A DNA stretch of 64,000 nt. Source: Monocercomonoides exilis PA203. Lineage: Eukaryota > Protista > Preaxostyla. A model generated the notes under the pieces. It was not told the origin of the DNA and did not search any database. It was given only the letters and a program-made list of their open reading frames with translations. Made by a program: the position numbers and the translations under genes. The DNA is taken from assembly GCA_001643675.2 (NCBI GenBank), contig LSRY02000028.1, positions 1,116,001-1,180,000 of the forward strand, in the 5' to 3' direction. Below, one piece after another: positions 1 through 10,703 of the stretch (its first letter is position 1; the number at the start of each line of letters is the position of its first letter).

Positions 1-915
1 TTTTCGTTTTTATTTTCATTCATCTTTCTTTCCCGACAACGTTGATAAACTAATTTCAATATCTTCAATCAATTTGGAGCGTTCGCCTTCTTCATCTTTA
101 TCTCTAGAAAAATTGGGATCAATTTTTCAAAAACGCCAACTGGACATAACGACTGAAGAATTGTTCTTCAAAAACGAGTGATAAAAGAAATTTCGTTGGA
201 TGAAACAAGCATTCAACAAATGTTCTTGAGAATGAGGATTGCGAAATGGACGAGTTATTTATCACCGTGATAACTGAAAGATGTTCAGAAATATTCCGTA
301 AGCATTTTCATCGAATGAAGATAATCGCTGGATACTTTTATCACTTAATAGAATATGTTATTTCTCTCTTGGCGCAACGGAAGATTAGGGCCGAATCATT
401 GTTGGAATGAGTGAAATATAATGTGCATAAAGATTCTTCATGAAAGTTTTGATTGTGAATTTATTACTGATTAAAACTTTTTCTTATTGTTGACATACGC
501 ATTACAAAATATTTCGTTTTTTTCAATATCTCATTTAAAATCTGGGAAATAAACTAAAGACATTTTGAAGCTCATTTGATTTTTATTGTTTTTTTAAAAA
601 AATACTGTGCAATTCATCTCTTAATATTAGGAAAAAAATTAACGTATTATATTTCGCTGCGTTTATTAACGTAAATCATAGAAACCTTGCGAAATGAAAC
701 AGTTATATGGTTTATTCATTCATCTTCTTTTGAATCTTTTCTCCTAATTCTAATTCTTTTCTTGTTTCTTTATTAATATCGTTTGCGTCATTCTTTTTCC
801 CATCATCCTTACAGATTGTTCTTCCCCTTGATCCGCTTGAAATAGGTTTCATTTGGGTTTTCCTTTCATATCTACCAACACATTTCGATCTCGAAGTTTT
901 CACTTTTCTCTCTAT

Positions 916-2795
916 CTAATTCTTCGATTCTTCTTTGCTCATATCACATACAGTGAATTTGGTGTTGCTCTCTGAAAAGGAGTTGGCAGGGGCAGATGAG
1001 GCGAATGAGATGCACCCGCCATTGGTGGCAGTCTGTTGGCTGAGCAGTTCTGAGTTGATGTTGGTGATGGTGCAGTTGGCGAGGGAGAGGGAGAGGGCAG
1101 GGGAGGTGGCAGAGGAGAGGACACAGTTGGCTGGAGTGGCTGTGGAGGTGATGTCGGTGATGTTGGAGGAGTTGAGGGTGAGGGGTGCTGTGAGGGAGGT
1201 GAGGTGGAAGATGCTTTGGCTGTTGAGGGCGAGACTGGTGATTGCTGTGTGGTTGAGGGCGAGGGAGCCAGCAGTGAGAAAGAAGAGGGGAGTTGTGATT
1301 GACAATGAAGATGGGGTTGTTCCGGTGATGGTGGTTGTGTTGAGGTTGAGGGAAGGGGAGTTTTCAGAGAGGTGGAAGAGGACGGGAGTGATGGGATTTG
1401 TGGAGTTGTGGGCGATGGCGAGGGCAGAGACTGTGAGGGAACCCTGAGTCTGTTGGAAGAGGGCAGACGAGACAGATGGATCTGGTGAAGAAGATGTTGA
1501 TGTTGATGAGGATGACGATGAAAATGATGAATATGATGATGATGACTGTGATGACTGTGAATGCGAGTTTGGTGGTTGGGGAATGCCACTGGAGGCGATG
1601 GTGGTGGCAGTTGTGCCTTTTCCAGTGATTTTTGTGTCAACCGCGCTGAAGGTGAGTGTTTGAAGAGGAACAAATATTGAGGTGAGGAGCGTGAGGGAGG
1701 CGTCTTGGAGGATAGTGAAGCCATTGAGTGCATATTCGATGGTAGCACATGGTGTCTGTTGGGGTCTGCCACAGGCATCAGCATTAGTTACATTGCTGAA
1801 AACAATTTTGTTCTGTGTGATGAGAGGTAGCCATCCATTGAACACCGCATTGTCAGCTGTATTGTTATTCCACACTCTTTGTGTTATAGTTGTTGTTAAT
1901 CCACAGTGATTGAATGGTGATTGGATGATAGCATTGCCACTGAAAAATACATCATTCCCTCTTCCATTTTCTGCTGTATTTCCATCGAAGAAACAGAATG
2001 TGATGAATTTTTTTCCATTCATCCAAAAATTAGTTCCATCATTATATTCCGGCACCACCCCGTGTGGAAGAAGAAGTTAATTTATTGTTTATGAATTGAC
2101 ACTCATTGATTGAAAACTGACTTGGCTTAGTTCCTGGAGGGTGATTGAATGTGAGAGAACCAACAGAATCACCACCAGAATTTGCGATACACTTGCGTTT
2201 GATGAACAAGAATTGGCCGTTTGAAGAAAAATCACAAATATAGAAATACCATCCAGTTCCACACCAATCTGTTATTGAGCAATTTTCCGCTTTGTTATCA
2301 GAAAACGAATAAACGGAAGATGATTGCCTTCCATCAATATCAATTGCTCCTCCATGAGCAGCTGAACAGTTTATGAAATTTGATTATGCAATTTCAATTT
2401 ATTTGCAAACAGTTACTATATAACGCTCCACCATGATTTGTATTTGAACAATTGAAAAGAAAGCAAGAAGTGATTGTGAGATTTGCATTTGTGTAATTTA
2501 TTTTCGGAGCACCTCCGTATTCATTTCCACTGTTTGAATCATTCCACTCACACCATTCAAGGAGATAGCTGTTCAATTCAGAAAAAGCCAATCTTCCAAG
2601 TTTCGCTCTTTGAGATTCAGATCTGACATCCACCACATCAGCATTAGAAGAAGATCGTACAAGGTGAAAGAAGTTGGTTGCACAAACAAGCAGAAAGAAG
2701 GAATGCAGTGATGTGGAGGTTGAAAAATATACGGAGTAGAAGATGAAAAATACATTGAAAAAGCTTATCTTTAAGAAAATACAAAGAATATTCAA
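916..2795 (-). pseudogene. Disrupted beta-helix / polymorphic-membrane-protein-like surface protein (GGA(I/L) + FxxN/C repeats)
   Basis: Three pieces in different frames: ORF 2394-2795 (hydrophobic N-terminus, YGGAPK, LFNCSNTNHGGALY), an unlisted middle segment (SNFINCSAAHGGAIDID...QFINNK...RGGAGI*) and ORF 916-2058 (FFDGNTAENGRGNDVFF, PCATIEYAL, NGGCISF). A stop plus frameshift lies near 2385-2400, a second shift near 2045-2058, and the 3' end stops abruptly. Confidence 0.7.
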
Positions 2796-3295
2796 ATGGA
2801 AAATACACTTAGCGTTAACAAAAAACCGTCTGCATTACAGAAATATATGAATGAATAATATCGTTGAAATATTTAAAAAAATCGATTGAAAAATGAAAAA
2901 TGAAAAGAATTTCAAAAGTTTCAAACTGTTGAAGCGATAAATAGCATATATATGTATTACATAAAATAAATGCACAAGAGTAAATTCCACATTATTGCAC
3001 AATCCATGCATAACAAATCTTATTAAAGAACAATTCATTCGAAAAAATTATTTCTGAAATAAATTTATGGGATATGAGAAAAAATCAATTTATGATAAAT
3101 TTAAAATTAAAAAGAACTAATAAAGTTCAAAAAATAAATACTCACACAAAAATAATTATTCACTCCTCAAAAAAAAGAAAAATAAAAAAATAAAAATAAA
3201 ATAAAACAAAAAAAAAAAAAAATAAATAAATAAAAATAACGCTGGAAAATTACTGACGGACGTGAAAATTTTTTTTCGATACGTCAGACAGGTTC

Positions 3296-3526
3296 ACTTT
3301 TCATTGACTTTTTAAGATTAAAAAACACAATAGAAATGGGTCCATTTTTTGACATTCGTGAAATGTTGGAAAACTTTATGTTTTTATTTCAATGATGCCT
3401 GTTTATGGAAATGAAAATCAGATTTGTTTTGAAATCTGAGAAAGTGAAACAAAGTGATGAGTGAAGCAGTTTTATCATGCTTTGTGCATAAAAAGCTTGA
3501 AAGTCCATATTTTCCCCCAAATGAGT
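3296..3526 (+). repeat. Dispersed repeat, copy 1 (231 bp)
   Basis: Ungapped hand alignment to the reverse complement of 50426-50656 gives about 199/231 identities (~86%). Confidence 0.9.
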
Positions 3527-3814
3527 TCAATGAACTTTTTAAAATTCAAAAGATTCAAAAAAATAAATAAAACTGATTTTTGATTTCAAACAATCAAGAC
3601 ATTAAAAATTGTGATTTTTGAACGAATTAAAAAAAACTCATTTATTAACGTATTTATTTCGTAACGAAAAATAAAGGTGAACAACAAAAAAGATGCATTT
3701 ATATTTTTCCCACTTCGTGATATTTTGTTTTTTGAAAAACATAACTGCATTTTTAAGTCGATGTCCAATTTAAAAAATATAAAGGGTTATGATCAAAAAA
3801 GAAAACTGAACTGA

Positions 3815-6158
3815 ATGTCAACGAACACGCAAACAGTAAAATTTTGCACTTTCAAGGAGGGGAACATTTCATTAAATCTGAATTATGATGATTGGATGAA
3901 GGGAGTTTTGCGAGGGCTTGCGGACAAATACGATGTTGATGCGCGAGATTTGTATTTCACTCAAAAGCAAAAGATAGTTTCTGACGATGCAAAAGTGCTA
4001 GATGTTCTTAGAGTATGGCTCACTTCTTTTGTTTACAACTTCTCTTTCTTGTCGTTCTTTTCCTTATTAACAGAATACTGGAGAAACAATTTATTTAGTG
4101 AAGCGAAAACCTTCAGCTGGAGCAGAGGGCACAGCCACTGAAAATGAAAAACTCTTGCCAAGAGTTGAAGAAAATCTTTCTCCAGAGCTGCGCAGCTCAA
4201 AGCCGTTTACTGTTAGCGTGACTGTTTGCAACAACGAAATGAAAGGGAAAGCGGTTGCTGTGGAAAATGTGAAGCCAGATACAGAGATTAACGAGTTCGT
4301 TGCGATGGTGTTTGGGAACTTACATATGCTTGCAGGATATATTTCGATTGTGTCAGAGATGGGTGCAAAGTGTTCAGGAATATGGAGAAGAGGGCGTTTT
4401 GAACATCTTGAAAATTCAGAAGAAAAATATGTATCTAAGCTGACGTACTGTGGACAAAGTGGGCTGTCCTGCTGCATTTATCAGTTGATTATAGCGAATT
4501 GTTTGCAAGAGCAGGCTTCTTCATCGACGCCTTCCTCAGCCACGCCATCCTCCAGCTCAAACCCATCAAATGTTGGAACAGAGGCTGCTGAGCAAAATGG
4601 ATCTCAAACGCTTACGCTGCAGATCGATTATGGTCAAGGAAATAAAATGTTCATTGAAGCAGAAAAGGAGATGCTTGTGGAAGAGCTGAAGAAGGTATTG
4701 GAACCAGCAGTGGGAATAACCTCAAATAAGATGACGCTCGTTGGGGGAGGAACGATAATGGATAATGACAGGAAGATTTCTTCATTCTGCTTTAAAGATA
4801 AAGATAGGCTTTATGCATATGAAAAAAACGAAGGAATGTTTGAAATTTGCATCAGAAAGCTTTCAGGAAAAACACTTAAAATCGATGTTAATTCGGAGAT
4901 GACCGTTAAAGATTTAAAAGAAAGGATATACGAATATGATAACACGCCTCCATATGAGCAGAAGCTGACGTTTAATGGCAAGAATTTGGAGGATGACCGT
5001 ACTCTATCGTCCTATAATATTCAAGAGGATGCAATCATCCCTCTTGTTTTGAGACTGCCTGGAGGGAAGAGCAATGACCTGTTTGTGAAATCGCTCGGTG
5101 GGCAAACATTGAGATTTGGGATGGACACAGCAGTGACAAGAGTGAGAGATGTGAAGCAGATGGTGGCAGAAAGAGAAGGGATTCCGGTAGAGCAGCAGAG
5201 ACTGGTGTGGGGGTTGAAAGAGCTGAGAGACGAGATGGAGCTTAGTGAGTATGGGATCGGGGACAAATGCACAATGCATCTGGTGTTGAAGCTGAGGGGC
5301 GGGTTCAATCTGCGAGTGATGCATTTGGACGGGCAGGCAGTGGATGTGGAGGTGGACGGTGCAGAGTCAGTGGAGGATGTGAAGCGGAAGGTGACGGCAG
5401 TTGAAAGAATGGATGTGAGCAAGATGCGGCTGGTATCTGGAGGAAGGTGGCTGAAAGACTGTCATGTGCTGGAAGATTTTGGGATTGGACCTGAATCAAC
5501 GGTGCATCTGCTTCCAACAAGCAGAGGCGGAATGAGCGGGCCAGGGCTTGCATTTGTGGATGTGACGAAGACTGATGCGTTGGTGGAGATATCGTTCAGC
5601 AACACAGCCCCACCATGGCGTGTTGTGGGAAGTGGTATCAGCGTAGAAGGAATATGCGAGAATGAGGGATGTCCTGCATTCAAGAAACAGGTAATTTGCC
5701 GATGGGGAATGAAGAAATTTGATTTGCATGGGAGCAAGCCTTTCTGCCCGTGCTGTCTGGAACAGATTGTGCCTCTGAAGCCGGGATTCTATGATTGCAG
5801 ATGGCGAGTCAATTGTGTGAAAGAGGATGGGACACGAATGCAAATGCCATGGAAGGAAGCGGGGGATGAAAAATATACGACATACGATGAGAAGGAAGCC
5901 GGAACAGCAAAGTTTCTTTTGCTACAGATTGAGGCATTGCCCAGTGGGAGAGTTGTGAAGCATCCAACACTGCCATATGATGTGGCTGTGCCGGAGGTGT
6001 GTGGAATTTGCCACAAAGGACAGGACAAAAACTCAGTACAAATATACAAATGTGGACACTCGTTCCATCGTAATTGCGGGAGTGACTGGGAAGAGACTGT
6101 TGGAGAGTGCCCAATTTGCCGGATGAAAATGAAGGATCAGCCAGCTCAATCTGCCTGA
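3815..6158 (+). CDS. Multi-ubiquitin-like-domain protein with Cys-rich domain and C-terminal RING-H2 (exons 3815-4012, 4074-6158)
   Basis: A GT..AG intron at 4013-4073 joins ORF 3815 in frame to ORF 4098. Four clear Ubl domains follow, three ending LRLPGG, LKLRGG and TSRGG. Then comes a Cys-rich domain (APPWR..G..EGICxNxxC..CPCC) and a C3H2C3 RING (CGIC..CGHSFH..C..W..CPIC). Confidence 0.9.
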
Positions 6159-6643
6159 TTCGACATCTGAGAATAAATCATGAAAGATTCAAAATTTTGA
6201 TAAAATGATTTTTTTTTCCTGGATGGAAAGCATTCAAACATTGTGGTTTTTATTATTTATTACTGAATGCTTGCTTTCTTTTGTTGATTTTAATAAGATT
6301 ATATTAAATTTGGTTTTGATAAAGTTCAGATTGATTTGTTTTGATTTGATTGAAAGAGAAAATGGTTGTTTCGCTTCTTTCTCTTTCAATAATAGAGAAG
6401 GATAAAGAAATAAATGATTTCTCGATAAATAAAATGCTTGCATTTTTTTTTTAAATTTATTTTTCAATTTTTTTTAAATTTTTTTGTTAAGTTTTATTTG
6501 ATGATTTTCTGTTGTGTTTTCTGTTGTGTTATTTTTATAAATCTATTGCGAATTTTTTATTAACATTCGCTCGCTTGAAAAACTGATAAGAATGGAAGAG
6601 GAGCTTGTTTCTTTTGAGAGAAAACGATAATACTGAAAACTTC

Positions 6644-6644
<1 letters not shown>

Positions 6645-6691
<47 letters not shown>
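6645..6691 (+). repeat. Poly(A) tract, 47 nt
   Basis: Directly visible homopolymer. Confidence 0.9.
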
Positions 6692-6693
<2 letters not shown>

Positions 6694-6783
6694 AATCTTT
6701 ATTATGTCACCAGTGAAAAATGTTATATCATAGAATTATTAAAACATTCAAAGCTTATGTTTGTTAAAAATATAACATCAATT

Positions 6784-6986
6784 GGCTGATCCTTTTTGAA
6801 ATCATTCATTCGTTCGAGTTTTGATCAAAATTTTATCTCAATGGAATTTTGAATAAATGAACTTCAACAGTTAATACATATTGTTCATGATGATATTATT
6901 AAGAAATATTTTTCTCTTATAATCCCATTGAGAACAAAATTTTGATCAAAACTTGAACGAAAGTCTGATTTCAAAAAGGATCAGCC
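6784..6986. mobile_element. Foldback / MITE-like element 1 (203 bp, ~65-bp inverted arms, AATT on both flanks)
   Basis: Left arm ggctgatcctttttgaaatca..cgttcgagttttgatcaaaatttt..ctcaatgg matches the reverse complement of ccattgagaacaaaattttgatcaaaacttgaacg..tgatttcaaaaaggatcagcc. AATT lies at 6780-6783 and 6987-6990. No coding capacity. Confidence 0.8.
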
Positions 6987-7722
6987 AATTATATAAAAAA
7001 AAGTTCCATTATAGAAAAATCCACAAAAAAAACTCAAATTTTCTAAAAATTTGATCATAATCATTTCTTTTGAATGATGAGCCATAATCTTTTGTTCAGT
7101 TTTCATTTAAAGTTACTGAAAAATGCACAAAACAACAATTTGTTATCATTTTGTGTTGATCAAAAAATTGTCCAAAAATTTTTTGCAAAAAGTTAAAGTG
7201 AATTTGAATTAGATTAAGATAATTTAGATAAGTTGAAGGTAATTGAAATGGAGTGAATATATTAAAATTTATTGATTTGAACTAAAATATGTATTGCCCA
7301 TCAAAATGAAATGGGTTTATTTGAATAATAATAACTGAAATATAAATGAAAAAAAACTATTCACAATTCATCTCATAAAAATCAAATATATTCTAAAAAT
7401 TCTTAAAAAAATATGAAACTGTGGGAAAAGAAACTGATTTAATAATAATAATAATAATAATAACGTTTTGATAAATAAAAAGGTCAAGATAAAAATTTTA
7501 CCCTACATTTATTGTAGAGTGAATAGTGAAAATGAACTGCAAACAAGTCCAACGTAATTAATCAAAGGAAAAATGTTAACGTTGTGCAGATTCACTTTTT
7601 CAGTTCTAAATAAATAAAGTGTCCAACTTTAATATTTCCGAAATGCAATCATTCAATGCGAACATTGGCATATTCGTTTTCAATTCAAAAACAACAAATG
7701 ATGGTTTTATCAATCTTATTCG

Positions 7723-9206
7723 TTAAGCAACAAGTTTTTTCAAGACTGGGATTCTCTTCAATATGCATGTAGCAATCCAAGTAACAAGAAACCCGAGTAC
7801 AGCAATTAGAGGGCAAAACCACCGAGGATTCATTTTGAGGAAATCAATTTTCAACTTGATAGGGAATAAATATTCTGTAACAAAAGCATGAATGAAATAT
7901 TCATTAAACAAATATACGCCGAATGTGCAAGAACCAACAGAAGACGTAAAACTCGCTAGAATTTTTTCAGGTCGTGTTGTTGGAGCCCAATTTGACGCAA
8001 ATGAATAGACCATGCAGAAAAATGAAACGTATGATACTGGAATTAAGCTGCTGTACAGTTGATAAAGATTTCCAAAATACGGATTCTTAAAATAGTGCCC
8101 AGATATAATTGTCAATCCAAAATTCAGTAAGCAAGAACTGATAAATATCAAAGCACAAGTAAATCCAGTTTTTGAACTTTGCCAATTTATCCGTTTGATC
8201 GAATGGAAATACCCATCCTCCTCAGCCCATTTCGGATGTGGGCCATGAGGGTTTTTTTGATACTCCATGATTGTCCAGAAATAATGCCCCAACAAGAATG
8301 AGAGATAAACAGAAAAAAAGAAATCATTTCCCGCTAAGCACTTCATCAAAGTTAAAAATGTTTTAACACAATGATGAGTTATCCAGAGTGCAATGATTGA
8401 AAATTCCAAAGTCTTTCTTGTTGTTGCTTGGATTGCCTGCCTCACAAATGGAACGAAAAGAAGAATCCTCATCACAACTTGTAGATACCATAATGTTCCA
8501 GGGGAAATAAAAAACCCTTCGATTATATTTTTTATTCCCAAGAACTTCGTTTTCATTTTCAAACCATCAGTAATTCTTTTTCTGTGATAGGGAATGCTCC
8601 AGAAAACATATTGAATAAGTCTTCGAAATACATATTTCAAAGTACTTGTCTCCGAATCTTTTAATCGTTTTGGAGATAGCATAAGCAATCCAGTTACCAT
8701 CATGAACAAGTGTGTCCCAATTCGTCCAAACGAGCACCAAAAATTCGCCCATCCCCAATATGATAATAATTTTTTTGATCTATAATATCCATATTTATAT
8801 CGTTGCTTCATACAGGCATGGCTCAAGTTAACAGCAAAAGCAGCGCAACATTTAACAAAGTCCAGTGTCCAATTTCTGTTTTTTGTTTTTTTTTCTAAAT
8901 TAATAGACGAATATGATTCAGATGCTGCATTTGGATTTTGTTTGCAATCCATCTTGAAAGTTGAGTCATCTTCATTTGCTCTTTCTGTAATTTGTGACTG
9001 ATCTTGAAAGTTCAAATTTTCAATCTTAAAGCATGTTTTCTGCCCATTGATATTATCTTTTCAATGATTTGTACAATTTGAAAAAAATAAAATAAAATAA
9101 AAAGAAAATTTTCTTTATTAAAGACAATACCTCCAAATGCATCATTTTCACGTTTCTTTTGGCTTCCTCTTTCATTTGCAACTCGAAGGTCGTAACTGCT
9201 TTTCAT
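7723..9206 (-). CDS. Acyltransferase family 3 (OafA/YiaH-like) integral membrane O-acyltransferase (exons 9131-9206, 7723-9056)
   Basis: Motifs RNWTLDFVKCCAAFAVNLSHA, LFMMVTG.LML, RRLIQYVFWSIPY, LWYL and SCTFGVYL, with about 10 hydrophobic segments. A phase-1 GT..AG intron at 9057-9130 links an ATG exon in frame. Confidence 0.85.
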
Positions 9207-9896
9207 AATTTTTTAATCTATTTTGTTAAAAACGAGTTCAACACCCTTTTTCTAAGTTTCCTTTCCAAAAATGGGAATGAATAATAAACAAATTGGGTTG
9301 AATAATCAACTTCATTTGCATATTTGATAAATTAATGTTGCGCATAACTTATTTGATGTTATGAAAAACAACGCAAAAAATAACAAAAAATTCATTTTCT
9401 CATTGTTTAATAAATGAAAGGAATTTCTGCAATTGATGTGAAACAATAATTACGAAATTAAAAAATCATCATAACATATTTATTCTAATCCTTAGAAATT
9501 ATTGAAACAATTGTTTTTTAATATGATAATTTGATTTTATTCTTTGTAATTTATTTGTAAAAAAAAAAAATATTTGAATGCATCAAAATTAAAGAAAGTG
9601 AATGAACTTTAACAAATTCCTTACTTCTCATTGTCAGTAAGCACTAATAAATTCATAACTGTAATGAATTTGAAAATGAAGCTCATGAAACAAAAAGCTC
9701 AATAAAATGAAAAATGAGGAATAAACATTGGAATGGCAAGAACTGAGAAAAAATAGTTTTCGAAAAGCAACAAGCATATAACCCTGTTTTGACCTACATC
9801 TTCAACATTAGTTCATCAAAATGGGGTGCGGGTCTTCCAAACAGAACCTATTACGCAAGCAAGCATGAAATTAACTTAATTTGAATAAATTTTCTT

Positions 9897-10387
9897 TCAT
9901 GTTAAATCTTCCATTAGCACAGTCTCCATTCTTTCTTTATTTTGAGCCTCATCCTTTTTGGTTTTTGAACAGAAGTAACAAAAAACATTTTTAAAGCAAT
10001 CGCACGAAGATCTTGGTTTTTGACTCAGTTTTGTCATTAACTGAACAGTCGAATGCGATTGAAGAATTCCAAAATAAGAAAGTGGTAACGAATCATCTTG
10101 AAGAAGCCTCTTTTTAAATGAAAAGGTTAATTGAGAAATATTTGGTAGCAAAAATTCTATTCAAAATTCAACTGTAGAAAAAAAAACCAAAAAATTTTTT
10201 CATACTTGTATTTCTTCCTAAAAATTGCAAAAAACATTGCTTAAACTCTCCAACTGTACAATTCTCTTTAACATAAAACGAAAAAATCTCATCATTCAGT
10301 GTTGCATCAACAATTATTAACAAATTTTGAGTAATTAATGATACTCCATCGTCTGCATCAATTACGCCACAATTGCTATATGTCTCC
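9897..10387 (-). CDS. Small spliced ubiquitin-like domain protein with Cys-containing tail (start not resolved)
   Basis: Exon ~10206-10387 (..IIVDATLNDEIFSFYVKENCTVGEFKQ..) splices through gtatg..atag to exon 9897-10156 (PNISQLTFSFKKRLLQDDSLPLSYFGI..STVQLM), reconstructing a beta-grasp pattern. There is no C-terminal GG. Confidence 0.6.
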
Positions 10388-10703
10388 TGTTATTTATTGT
10401 TTCAAAACATCCAATTTAAATTATAACATAAAAGATTTTTACCGTAATTAATTATAAATCTATAATAAATTATCAATGCCTTGTTCATTAATTCCTTCGA
10501 TAGCTTTCACTTCGAAAAATTGAAAAATGAATAGAATAGTATCGATCTATCATATTATTATAGAATTCGAATTTTTTAACACCATCTGATATTGTAAATG
10601 AATATTTTAAAAAGTGCTAATTATCAATTTTTTCTCTCAACAATGTTATGAATGTTATTATATAATTTATGATCATTCGACTTTGTTGTTGAAAGTGAGG
10701 CAA

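Noticed and set aside
1-903. Possible coding relic on the minus strand, including ORF 712-903
   Set aside because: Multiple stops and no recognisable motif, so no product call can be supported.
935-1909. Overlapping ORFs 935-1447 (+), 939-1784 (-) and 1682-1909 (+)
   Set aside because: Shadows of the GC-rich, compositionally biased part of the beta-helix pseudogene.
6560-6700. Poly(A)47 as a retroposon or SINE tail
   Set aside because: No convincing target-site duplication, Pol III boxes or second copy in the window.
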